Shown in pieces: positions 1 to 10,115 of a stretch of DNA of 64,000 bases; within the stretch, counting starts at the first letter, position 1, and every line of letters begins with the position of its first letter. Source of the DNA: an uncultured cyanobacterium (lineage in GTDB: Bacteria; Cyanobacteriota; Cyanobacteriia; Cyanobacteriales; Microcystaceae); the NCBI GenBank assembly GCA_963807635.1, contig CAWEDJ010000007.1, positions 1 through 64,000 on the forward strand, given 5' to 3'. The translations under genes were made by a program, and so were the position numbers. The notes beneath the pieces are model-generated. The model searched no databases. It saw only the letters and a list, made by a program, of their open reading frames with translations, and had not been told where the DNA came from.

Positions 1-49
1 TATTTAGTTCTTCTATAATAAATTCATCAAAATTTCTCAAAGTCGTCAT
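1..49 (-). CDS. 5' end of putative addiction-module antidote (antitoxin), runs off window
   Basis: ATG at 49 overlapping the toxin 3' end; reads MTTLRNFDEFIIEELN, resembling antidote N-termini. Confidence 0.5.
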   Translation of the reverse strand, partial: MTTLRNFDEFIIEELN

Positions 50-230
50 TTTTGATCTCCTGCCAAATTTGTTGGGATAAATTAATATCTTTTGATTGAG
101 AACTTTTGTCTCCACCAATAAGAAGAATAACTAAAAGCTCTCCTTTTCTAGCAAAATAGATTCGATAACCTGGCCCAAAATGAATTCTCAGTTCATAAAT
201 TTCTTTACCAAGCGATCGCCTAACAACCAT
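27..230 (-). pseudogene. RelE/HigB-like addiction-module killer toxin, N-terminally truncated
   Basis: ELRIHFGPGYRIYF and LLIGGDKSSQ motifs; the usual N-terminal ~40 aa are missing and similarity begins at the HIP1 site 212-219. Confidence 0.7.
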
Positions 231-340
231 GACTCACAGTGATAGATCTCTCCCATAGCGAATCCTTTAGAAGATGTGATTGAAGCGACGCACCGAAATA
301 TTAACAGATTAAAATAATTTCGGCCTGGGTAATGGTTAAA

Positions 341-360
341 ATAGTTAACACTTTAAGTAT
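341..360. promoter_or_regulatory. Putative MarR operator (ATAGTTA-N6-TAAGTAT)
   Basis: Palindrome just upstream of marR ATG 377; similar site at 879-898. Confidence 0.55.
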
Positions 361-376
361 CTTTGCTTATATCCCA

Positions 377-844
377 ATGCCTAGTTCATCCTCAGACGCT
401 GATTTTCTTCAACAATGGCAGTATGCTCTTGCTCCTTATAATCTGGGACATAAGCTTAAACTTGCCTCTCAATTAATGTATCGAGATTTCTTGGAACGAC
501 TAGAGCCTTATGGATTAACTCCATTTCACTACTTGGTTTTATGTTGCCTGTGGGAAGAAGACGGGCTTTCTACGACTGGTATCGCAGATAAACTAAAGCA
601 ACTGGGAGCAACGTTAACTGGAGTAGTTGATCGGATGGAAGAGCGTCAACTCGTTGTCAGAGAGCGCAACCTAAGTGATCGCCGAGTTGTGCAAATTTGG
701 CTTACCGAAGAAGGAAAGCGGCTTATGAAAGTCTTACCACCTATTGGAGCTTCAGTAATTGAGAAAGCGACTAAAGATATTTCAAAAGATGAGCAGGATA
801 TGGCTATCAAGATATTGGATCGAATTGTTCAGAATCTAGCCTAA
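377..844 (+). CDS. MarR family transcriptional regulator
   Basis: Winged-HTH motifs LTGVVDRME and DRRVVQIWLTEEG; ATG 377 preferred. Confidence 0.9.
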   Translation: MPSSSSDADFLQQWQYALAPYNLGHKLKLASQLMYRDFLERLEPYGLTPFHYLVLCCLWEEDGLSTTGIADKLKQLGATLTGVVDRMEERQLVVRERNLSDRRVVQIWLTEEGKRLMKVLPPIGASVIEKATKDISKDEQDMAIKILDRIVQNLA

Positions 845-863
845 AAATTTGAAAACTTAATTG

Positions 864-915
864 TTGACATAACCACAAATACTTAATATGCTAATTATTA
901 ATGTATTAAGTATTT
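864..915 (+). promoter_or_regulatory. Sigma70-type promoter (TTGACA 864-869, TATGCT 887-892) overlapped by inverted-repeat operator
   Basis: 17-bp spacing; AAATACTTAATA (877-888) and TATTAAGTATTT (904-915) form a perfect inverted repeat. Confidence 0.6.
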
Positions 916-932
916 TTGCGACAGGAGAAACA

Positions 933-1460
933 ATGACCAAGTTAAGTGTCAAAGCCAGAAAGTGGTTATTGGCGGCGCACGTGAGTTTTGCTGCCCTTTG
1001 GACAGGAACCGTCCTTAGTATATTTCTTTTGTCTTGGAGGAATACACACTCAACTAACGCACAGGCCCTTTATGCTCTCAATTATGCAATTAATATCCTG
1101 GATGACTATGTTGTTATTCCTTCTGCGATCGGTTCAGTTCTGACAGCCACATTTCTTTGCTGGATGACCAATTATGGATTTACTAAATTTTACTGGGTGA
1201 TTACAAAATGGATTTTGACGACAGGATTAGTTGTCTTTGGGACTTTTTGGCTTTTCCCTTGGGCAAATACTGCTGAAAATATTTCGTCGGAAGAGGGATT
1301 GCAGGCTTTCCTCAACTCTATCTATTCTTTCGATGCTCAAGGCGTTTTGATAGGTTCTGTGATTCAAGTTGTTTTTCTCATCTGCGTTATAAGTATCTCA
1401 GTTTTAAAGCCTTGGGGAAGAAGACCGACTACAGAGCAAAAACAAGTCATTGCTGATTAG
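933..1460 (+). CDS. 4-TM membrane protein (DUF2269-like)
   Basis: AGGAG RBS before ATG 933; four hydrophobic helices; ends ISVLKPWG. Confidence 0.7.
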   Translation: MTKLSVKARKWLLAAHVSFAALWTGTVLSIFLLSWRNTHSTNAQALYALNYAINILDDYVVIPSAIGSVLTATFLCWMTNYGFTKFYWVITKWILTTGLVVFGTFWLFPWANTAENISSEEGLQAFLNSIYSFDAQGVLIGSVIQVVFLICVISISVLKPWGRRPTTEQKQVIAD

Positions 1461-1526
1461 CCGATTAGTGGTGATCGCCCTTTACCCTTGAATCAAAAGA
1501 TAAAACGCGATCGCCCTAAAAAAGCT

Positions 1527-1796
1527 TTAGGATAAACTTCCACAATGACTTAACCAGGTTTCCAAATCGCTTATCTCCACAAAATCAAGTAACGCTTCTC
1601 CCAAATCTCCTAACTCGGCGATCGTCAACGCTTTAATTTGTTGGTTAACTTCTGGAGTCAAAGTTCCATATTTTCGGGTTAACTGACGCAGAATCAGATC
1701 AGCCTCTCCAGCAAGAAGCCCTTCTTGTCGTCCTACTGCCACAACTTCTTGATAAAAACGAGATTGAGTAATGTCTGTTGTTTTCAGGTCTAACAT
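1527..1796 (-). CDS. Orphan C-terminal part of Rpn/DUF2887-DUF4351 family protein
   Basis: QSRFYQEV...GRQEG...LILRQLTRKYG...LGEALLDF...DLETWL; nuclease domain absent; ATG at 1796. Confidence 0.7.
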   Translation of the reverse strand: MLDLKTTDITQSRFYQEVVAVGRQEGLLAGEADLILRQLTRKYGTLTPEVNQQIKALTIAELGDLGEALLDFVEISDLETWLSHCGSLS

Positions 1797-1957
1797 TTTT
1801 AAAAAGCAATTATTCCTGGCATTGTTAAAAATAGTTGATAGAACCATTTATCAGTTTTCATTCTTTATGCCAGATTTCTTTAAACTAATCTATTGGTGAT
1901 AGCGATCGCACCTTAACCCTAGAGTCAAAACGCGATCGCCCTTTCAACTAACTTAAA

Positions 1958-4905
1958 TTAACCCTCTTTATAAGCATCCATACCCTCACAGGAACAAACT
2001 AGATTTCTGTCCCCATAGGCATTATCAATCCGTCCCACACTCGGCCAGAACTTATGAACCTTTGACCAAGGCGCAGGATAGGCCGCTTGTTCACGGGAAT
2101 AGGGACGATCCCATTCACCAATCAGTAAACTTTCCGCCGTATGGGGCGCATTTTTCAGGGGATTATTCAGGGGATCGATGGTTCCTTGAGCGATCGCCTT
2201 TGCCTCTTGATAAATGGCAATCATGGCATCACAGAAACGGTCTAACTCCTCTAGGGATTCACTTTCCGTCGGTTCAACCATCATTGTGCCAGGTACAGGC
2301 CAGGAAACTGTCGGGGCATGGAAACCAAAATCCATCAAACGTTTTGCCACATCATCCACTTCAATGGCCGCCGATTTTTTCAGAGGATGCAAATCAATCA
2401 CGCACTCATGGGCCACTAAACCATTACTGCCTTTAAAAAGAATGGGATAAAACGCCTCCAAACGACGCGCCATATAATTGGCATTAAGAATTGCAATCTT
2501 TGTTGCTTCGGTTAAGCCTTCTGACCCCATCATGGCGATATACATCCAGGAAATGACTAAAATGCTGGCACTACCATAGGGAGCCGCCGAAATTAAGCCA
2601 ATAGATTCACTCTGGTTCCCCTCTTTCAAAGGGGGGTTAGGGGGGATAACACTTGGTAAAAACGGCACTAAATGAGCTTTAACCCCAATTGGCCCCATGC
2701 CCTGCCCACCGCCACCGTGAGGAATACAGAAGGTTTTATGGAGATTCAAATGACAAACATCGGCCCCAAAATCGGCGGGACGACACAAGCCCACTTGAGC
2801 ATTCATGTTCGCGCCGTCCATATAAACTTGGCCGCCATGAGTATGAATAATTTCGCAAATTTCTGTAATGCCTTCTTCAAAAACACCATGCGTAGAAGGA
2901 TAGGTCACCATCAAAGCCGCTAAGGTTTCTTGATATTTCTCAGCTTTTTGAGTCAAATCAGCGACATCAATATTGCCATCTCCATCACATTTGACGGGAA
3001 CCACTTTCATGCCACACATCACTGCACTAGCGGGATTGGTTCCATGTGCTGACTCTGGAATAAGACAAATATTACGGTTAGAGTCTCCGCGACTGAGATG
3101 GTACTGACGAATTACCTGTAAACCCGCATACTCTCCCTGGGAACCCGCATTGGGTTGGAGAGAAACCCCATCAAACCCCGTAATTTCCCCTAACCAGTTT
3201 TCTAATTGTTCAAACAGGATTTGATAACCTTCCGTTTGACCTAACGGTGCGAAGGGATGAATTTTGCCGAATTCGGGCAGGTAACGGGCATCATTTCGGC
3301 GGAAGCGTTTAATTTCATCGTGCAAGATCCCAAGGGAATCATGGACGTATTTAAGGCTAAATCCTTGCTTTCCAGTTGATGTAAATAGCGCAATAACTCA
3401 TGTTCCGAGTGATATTTATTGAAAACAGGATCGGTTAAATAGGCACTTTGGCGGGTTAAATTAACAGGAAAATCAAATTTAGCGGTTTCCAGTAAGCTTT
3501 CTGCGGTAAAGGGTAATTCCTCTTTTGCTGCAAAAATTTGCCAGAGGTCAATCAAGTCTTGAAGGGTTGTCGTCTCATCTAAACTAATGCCCACCGAGCC
3601 TTCATCCAGTAACCGTAAGTTAATACGACGAGCTTCTGCGGCTTTAATCAACGCGATCGCACTACTACTGCCCACACCAACTCGCACGGTATCAAAAACA
3701 GGATCATTCCCCAAGGAATAATTAAGCCGTTTGAGTCCTTCTGCCAATAAAACTGTTAACTGATGGATGCGGAGCGCGATATTTTTCAATCCCTCAGCCC
3801 CGTGATAGGCTCCGTACATGGATGCAATCACCGCCAATAACACCTGCGCCGTACAAATATTGCTCGTTGCTTTTTCGCGACGAATATGTTGTTCACGGGT
3901 TTGCAGAGCTAGACGTAGGGCGGGTTTACCTTGACTATCCTTGGAAACACCGACAATCCGACCTGGAATTTGCCTTTTATAAACTTCTTTCGTTGCAAAA
4001 TAAGCCGCATGGGGGCCACCAAAACCCAGGGGAACACCAAACCTTTGGGTACTGCCGATCGCGATGTCTGCACCCAATTCTCCTGGAGGGGTTAATAATG
4101 CCAAACTGAGGGGATCAGCCGCTAAAGTAACCAGGGTTCCCGACTCATGGGCCTTATTAATAAAATATCGATAATCATGGATAACCCCATCGGTGGCAGG
4201 ATATTGTAATAATGCGCCAAAAATAGGAGTTTCAAAGGTAAACTGACCGTGATCTCCTACGATAATTTCAATGCCCAGGGGAATGGCACGGGTTTTCACT
4301 ACTTCAATGGTTTGGGGATGGCACTGGTTCGAGACAAAGAAGGCATTGGCCTTATTTTTACAAACCCCGTAACTCATAGCCATAGCTTCGGCGGCGGCGG
4401 TTCCTTCATCCAAAAGGGAAGAATTGGCGATTTCTAGACCCGTTAACTCAATAATCATGGTCTGGAAATTTAACAAAGCTTCCAATCTTCCCTGGGCGAT
4501 TTCTGCCTGATAGGGCGTGTAAGCGGTGTACCGACCTGGATTTTCGAGAATATTGCGCTGAATGACGGGGGGCGTAATGGTGTCGTAGTAGCCCATGCCG
4601 ATATAGGAACGGAAAATTTGATTTTTAGAGGCGATCGACTTTAATTGGGCAAGAGCGGCATATTCACTCTCTCGCGGGGGTAATTTTAAAGGGTTTTGTA
4701 ATCGGATTGCAGAGGGAACGGTTTTAGTAATAAAATCTTCTAGACTGTCGATCCCCAATAATTCCAGCATTTTTGTAATTTCTGCTTGATTGGGGGCAAT
4801 ATGGCGATTAATAAAGGTATCTCTGGGAGCTAAGTTTTTTTCTAAGGTAGTTACATTAGGGGACGTGACCGTATTCGAGCTGGTGGCAATTTCTAGGTTC
4901 GGCAT
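1958..4905 (-). CDS. gcvP: Glycine dehydrogenase (glycine cleavage P protein), one apparent frameshift near 3277
   Basis: [35 protein letters not shown] (PLP Lys); the two ORFs join if one G is restored in TWPEF. Confidence 0.95.
2618..2646. repeat. Cyanobacterial short dispersed G/C-rich repeat inserted in frame in gcvP
   Basis: CCCCTCTTTCAAAGGGGGGTTAGGGGGGA encodes [10 protein letters not shown]. Confidence 0.65.
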
Positions 4906-5019
4906 GGTTCAAGAGTATCGATAGGGATTGCTGTAAGCTTAAGTTTAACGAAACTGTATCATTTTGTAACATTTTTTGACAACCTGATAGGAGCGTTTTC
5001 TTGTTTTGCTGGCGATCGC
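4897..5019. repeat. 123-bp direct repeat copy 1 (gcvP start codon and upstream region)
   Basis: Close copy at 6579-6701; both end in GCGATCGC. Confidence 0.9.
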
Positions 5020-5289
5020 ACTGCCCTGCTTCGGCAGGTTTTACATTTTTGTGTCTTTTTCAGAAGAAGAGGTTCTTTCTCTGTCTTCTTATTTAGTTCA
5101 GCTTATGCTTTGTGTCGAAAAATCATCTAAAGCTTATATTTTACTCTCCTTAGATTCATGAATTAATCCCCTTTCCCTGTTTTTTGATTTTTTCAGCAGA
5201 CCCTAATTTAATCCTTGCCATTTTAAAAAAAAAGTGTACAATATCATCAAGGATCTTTTCGATCAACCATCTTATTGAGGATTTCACTG

Positions 5290-5943
5290 ATGAATCGCGT
5301 AAATACTCTCGCAGCACTATTAGGTAGTGCGACTGCAGCTATAGGGGTTCTGAGTCTTGCTTCCCCAGCAAATGCCGTTAACTGGAAACTAAATAATGTG
5401 GGAGTTTCTGGCGACTCGACAAAGACCTTCACCGACATCTCCTTTGTCCCTGTGATAACAGCAGGCAAATTTGGTGCAGGTTCAGTTGTCACAGGTTCGT
5501 TCGATTTTGACGGTACTACAGTGACTAACTCAACCATTAGTACAAAGATTAAGTTGGCTGCTAGCACTGGCTTTCCTGCTGATGTGATCGTCAATTACGA
5601 TATTTTCACTCCAGTAATCAGTAGTGGTACACTTTCCGCTATTAATTTTGGTGTGTCTGGTGCAACTGCTGGCTTCCAGAATTCTTTAACCCTTGACTTT
5701 GCTCCTGGTCTAACTGCAGCTGGGGGCAAAGCGACGGTCACTGGCGGTTTGTATCAGTATAGTTTTGTGAGCCAACCTGGTGCTAGCTTAACTACCTATA
5801 CTCTGTCTGGCAACATTGCTCCTAACGGGAGTGCTACTGCTGTACCTTGGGAAACTGATTCACTTCCTCTTATTGGTAGTACCATTTTATTTGGTGCTGC
5901 ACTACAGGTCAAGCGTAAATTGGCTAGCAATAAAAAAAAATAA
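5290..5943 (+). CDS. Secreted PEP-CTERM-like protein (VPWETD variant sorting signal)
   Basis: Signal peptide ending SPANA; S/T/G-rich body; C-terminal VPWETDSLP + TM + KRK. Confidence 0.8.
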   Translation: MNRVNTLAALLGSATAAIGVLSLASPANAVNWKLNNVGVSGDSTKTFTDISFVPVITAGKFGAGSVVTGSFDFDGTTVTNSTISTKIKLAASTGFPADVIVNYDIFTPVISSGTLSAINFGVSGATAGFQNSLTLDFAPGLTAAGGKATVTGGLYQYSFVSQPGASLTTYTLSGNIAPNGSATAVPWETDSLPLIGSTILFGAALQVKRKLASNKKK

Positions 5944-6179
5944 GCTAACCATCTCAGGGTCATAAATAACCTAACATAAAACAAGCAAAAGTACAGATTA
6001 AAAATCTATCAAATTGTAGTTTTTTTGTTGGGGACTATAGGTATTTATTCAGAATTCAAGAATAATATCTTTCATTAATTCAGGAAAGTATCGTGGCTAT
6101 AAATTATGCTGTGATACTTTTTTTTATGTGGGGGCTTAGTTTTTAGTTATTATTTTATATAGATTTTCTTGATTAATCA

Positions 6180-6578
6180 GTAAAAGATGATGTAACTCAG
6201 GATTTTTTACACCTATTTTATCTCAAATTTTGTTTAGTTTTTTGTTTATCATTTGTATCACATGAAAATAATCATACACTCTAATTGCATTCAGAAATAC
6301 TTTCTTGATTACTTTTTCAAAACCTCTCCACATATCCACAGAAGCTTCTTCTATTTTCTCTCTAATCTCCTTTGAATGCAGCATTAGGGACTTTATTAGT
6401 ACTTCTTGTGTTCGATCCTTTACTAATTCTATTGGCCTTTTTTTTCTCTAAATCGTTCACCATTCCGCTATACTTTTTTTGTCTGTCTCCAGTACTCATT
6501 TCATCTAATCCTACACGTTTTACTGATGACCACTTTTTCTCCCTTTCTTCTTCACTCACTACATCAAAAAAAATGTTA
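6180..6578 (-). mobile_element. Degenerate ISL3-family transposase remnant
   Basis: Fragments VKRVGLDEMS, IREKIEEASVDMWRGFEKVIKKVFLNA and YDYFHV with stops and frameshifts; ends approximate. Confidence 0.75.
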
Positions 6579-6701
6579 GTTCGGCATGGTTCAAGAGTAT
6601 CGATAGGGATTGCTGTAAGCTTAAGTTTAACTAAACTGTATCTATTTGTAACATTTTTTGACAACCTAGCAGGAGGGTTTTTTGCTTTTGCTGGCGATCG
6701 C
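6579..6701. repeat. 123-bp direct repeat copy 2 (duplicate of gcvP 5' region)
   Basis: Matches 4897-5019. Confidence 0.9.
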
Positions 6702-6721
6702 GTTTAACTCTCAAAAATCAG

Positions 6722-7391
6722 CTAAAAAGTTTTAACCTGCTGTGCTAACCAACGATGGAGAATGGTGGCTGTTCTTCGCCAAGAGCCTTCCGCCTCATTC
6801 AGGATTGTTAATAGAAATTGATCGGTAAATTTATGTTGAAGTTGCTGAAATGCTAAATTCTGTTCCCGCGATCGCTCTGGGAGTAATTCTGCAATCAGGT
6901 GTTGATTAATCCAGCACTTGAGTCTCGGTAACGTTAAATGATCGAGATGAAACGTTTGGGTTTGATAACCGACTAAACGGGCGAAAAGAGCTAAATTTTG
7001 ATGACTTCCCACCACAACGGTTAAGCGCAATCTATAGGATTGTTTTAAGGCCCAAATTAGAGTCGGTAAGGGAATACGATTAGCTTCATCCCAATAGGCG
7101 ATCGCCGTTCCCATGTTTATCGGGTTGACATGGAGGGAGAGTTTGCCATTGCCAAGGAGCCTGATAGAAATAATGACCCCCCGTTTGTTGTTGCCAATGT
7201 AAAAGATGGGACGTTTTGCCCGCGCCTTTTTCTCCTAGAAATTGCACAAACAGTCTTTGTCCAGGACTGACTGCCTGGGAATGACCAAAATCTAGCCAGC
7301 GATCGCGCTCAATGTGCAAATCCTGGGGCGCGAAAAAAGGATTTCGCCTTAAACCAAAAGAGTGATAGGGATCTAAATACCGATTAATCAT
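6722..7391 (-). CDS. Small P-loop NTPase, apparent frameshift near 7115
   Basis: Walker A GEKGAGKT, Walker B AYWDE; ATGA coupling to the upstream gene. Confidence 0.65.
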
Positions 7392-7738
7392 CTGCTTGCT
7401 GAACGGCTTACCCGAAAAACTTTTTCCCCTTTTTCTCGTCCAAACCAAAACTGATCCAGTTCAACTACTACTTCCCAAATTATCCGAATCAATTGACCGT
7501 CATAGGAAAGAGGTGCATTGAGGGGAATCTCATATTCAAAGGGAACAGAAACCAGGGAAACTAATTTTATTTTTTTGGAAAACTGATCTTTATCTACATT
7601 GCCCCGCCCCTCCGTTCGCCAACCAATTTTTAAGGTCGCGGGTTGGAAGTCTTTATCGGAATTGGTTTGCCAATAACAATCTCCCCGAAGTATCTGTCCT
7701 GGGGAAACTTGATTTTGTTTGAGTTGAATGGAAATCAT
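7388..7738 (-). CDS. Hypothetical beta-sandwich (arrestin/SpoOM-like) protein
   Basis: 116-aa ORF; WRTEGRG and PLSYDGQLIRIIW motifs. Confidence 0.6.
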   Translation of the reverse strand: MISIQLKQNQVSPGQILRGDCYWQTNSDKDFQPATLKIGWRTEGRGNVDKDQFSKKIKLVSLVSVPFEYEIPLNAPLSYDGQLIRIIWEVVVELDQFWFGREKGEKVFRVSRSASR

Positions 7739-7749
7739 AAATTCATCAC

Positions 7750-8514
7750 TTAGGAATCTACAACAAAGGTTAAATAGGTCATTTTTAGATCAATCAAGCC
7801 AGGATAATTTTCTTCAATCTCTAAAATCCAACGAATTTGATTATTTTTTCCTTCAAAAGAGGGGCTGAGATGGGAAAGAATTTCTAAATCAAAATATCCT
7901 TTTACTTCGCGATCGCCAGGGATTAACGTTTTAGAAAAAATCACATTTTCATAAGCTGTTGCGACATCAGTAACAGTATCGGTGCCTTTAGTATAAGTAA
8001 CCCGTTCCAGACAAATTAAACTAACCTTAAGGCGACTATTAGGAGGAAAATTATGAACTTTAAATAAATTTGTCCAGAAATTTTGCTTTAAGCGTCTTCG
8101 GAATGTTACCCGATCGTTTTCTCCTACTTTGAGAGGATAATGGGAAAATATTAGCTCTGCGGGTAAAAAGCCTTGTTTCGCGCCCATTTCATAGCGTGCG
8201 GATTCATCTAGGGAAAACTTCACCACCCAGTACACAATCCAAAAGACGATTAAAAAAAGAAAAAAAGCCACAAAAACGGGCCAAACAACCCCTGAAAAAG
8301 ATAATAGGATTGGGAACCCAAAAATGAGAATGAAAATAGCAATAAATGTGATCGATAGCCCAAAAAGCCAATTTGGGTTGGTAAAACGGGAGATTTGCCA
8401 TTGAACTTTAAGATCTTCCCTAAGCACATATCCTTCCGATCCCAGTTGAATTTCTGAAGGAGGAAAGCCAGCGATGAGTCGGTTCTTGAGTTCTATCTTT
8501 TCTAATTTAAACAT
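7750..8514 (-). CDS. 2-TM membrane protein with arrestin-like C-terminal domain
   Basis: Two TM helices; C-terminal PSFEGKNNQIRW resembles the neighbouring gene. Confidence 0.6.
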   Translation of the reverse strand: MFKLEKIELKNRLIAGFPPSEIQLGSEGYVLREDLKVQWQISRFTNPNWLFGLSITFIAIFILIFGFPILLSFSGVVWPVFVAFFLFLIVFWIVYWVVKFSLDESARYEMGAKQGFLPAELIFSHYPLKVGENDRVTFRRRLKQNFWTNLFKVHNFPPNSRLKVSLICLERVTYTKGTDTVTDVATAYENVIFSKTLIPGDREVKGYFDLEILSHLSPSFEGKNNQIRWILEIEENYPGLIDLKMTYLTFVVDS

Positions 8515-8767
8515 GACTCTTAGGCTGGTTTAAAAATCTAAATCGAAATTCTTGTATTATAAATTGCTTTACTTATTGCGATCGCTAGTTTTTGTCTTTG
8601 GGTGAGAACTTCTATTAATTTTGTTACTCTTTCAGCGCGATCGCGTTTTTAGATTTACGAGTCTATTTTAACTCGGATGATATTAAGGGACGTGGAAAAT
8701 ATTGATAAAAAGTAAAATTTAGAGTATATTGCTTTAAAATGGGCAATCAGTATTAGGGAGTTCAGGT

Positions 8768-10111
8768 ATGAATAAGGAAGAATTGTTACAGTTAATTGAA
8801 CAAGCGGCAGAAGATGGGCGAGAAGAATTAAATTTATCGCAGAAGGGACTGACAGAATTACCTGAAGAAATTGGTAAATTAACAAATCTGACAACGCTTG
8901 AGTTATGGGGAAATCAAATTAGTGAGATTCCTAATGAGATCGCAAAACTAAAAAATCTGACAACGCTTTACCTGTTCGATAACCAAATTAGTGAGATTTC
9001 AGAGGGGATCACTAACTTAACTAATCTGAAAATACTCAATCTTTGTCAAAATCAAATTAGTGAAATTCCAGAGACAATCACTAATTGAACTTGCCTAGAA
9101 GTGTTTGAACTCAATTCCAACCAAATTACCGAAATAACAGGCTCAATCATCTCATTAACCACTCTACGGAGTCTTAGTCTTCAGAATAATTATATTAGTG
9201 AAATTCCAGATGCAATTGACCAATTAATCAATCTCACACATCTCGACCTCCAGAATAACTGTATTAGTAAAATTCCAGCCACAATTAAAAAATTAACTAA
9301 TCTGACATACCTTGATCTTAGCCATAAAAATATTAGTGAGATTCCAAATCCAATCACTAAATTAATTAATTTGGAATCTCTTGACTTTACTGAAAACCAA
9401 ATTAGTGAAATCCCAGATACGATTGACCAATTAATCAATTTGAAAGGGATTGGACTCGACTGTAATCAAATTAGTGAAATTCCAGAAGCAATCATCAATC
9501 TTGAAAACTTGGAGAAGATGGAAATAAGTTTTAATCCACTTAAAGAACCCTTTCTTGAAATTGGAATTTATGGAATCCATGCTATTCGTGCCTATTTTTT
9601 AAATCAGCAATTATTGCATTATAAAGACAATAATACTATGATAAAAACAGCTTCAACTCGCGACAAAATATTTGTAAGTTACAGTCATAAGGATTCAAAA
9701 TGGCTTAAAGAATTCCAAACACATATAAAACCTCTTGTTCATGAATATGGATTTAAAATATGGGATGATACTAAAATTAAAGTTGGGAAAGAATGGCTTG
9801 AAGAAATCGAACACGCGTTAGCTACTGCAAAAGTTGCCATTCTATTAGTCACTCCTGATTTTCTCGCTTCAGATTTTATTAATGATCGTGAATTACCACC
9901 ACTATTTGATGCAGCAAAAAAAGAAGGACTGATTATTTTTTGGATTCCGATTACTTATAGTAATTATAAAACAAATAAAATAATTGAGAAGTATCAATCA
10001 GCCCATCCTCCCGATAAACCTTTAGATGATTTAGGAAGCAAGTCAAAAAGAAATAAGGCTTGGGTAAGCATTTGTGAAAAAATAAAACAAAGGATGGAAG
10101 AAACCGATTAA
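8768..10111 (+). CDS. LRR + TIR domain protein with in-frame TGA at 9086-9088
   Basis: Roco-type N-cap MNKEELLQLIEQAA, 23-aa LRRs, TIR_2 motifs IFVSYSHKD, IWDD and FINDRELP; both ORFs are in the same frame. Confidence 0.85.
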
Positions 10112-10115
10112 AACT

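Noticed and set aside
4955..4972. NtcA site upstream of gcvP
   Set aside because: Spacing and sequence do not fit GTA-N8-TAC
6362..6707. ORFs 6362-6664 and 6372-6707 as genes
   Set aside because: Chimeric reading of the duplicated gcvP upstream DNA plus the ISL3 relic
8546..8572. Fourth copy of the GTAAAG-N14-GCGAAA motif upstream of the gene starting at 8514
   Set aside because: Only the GTAAAG box matches; the second box is absent
9086..9088. Selenocysteine readthrough of the LRR TGA
   Set aside because: The position is a structural Leu rather than a catalytic Cys, and no SECIS-like hairpin is evident
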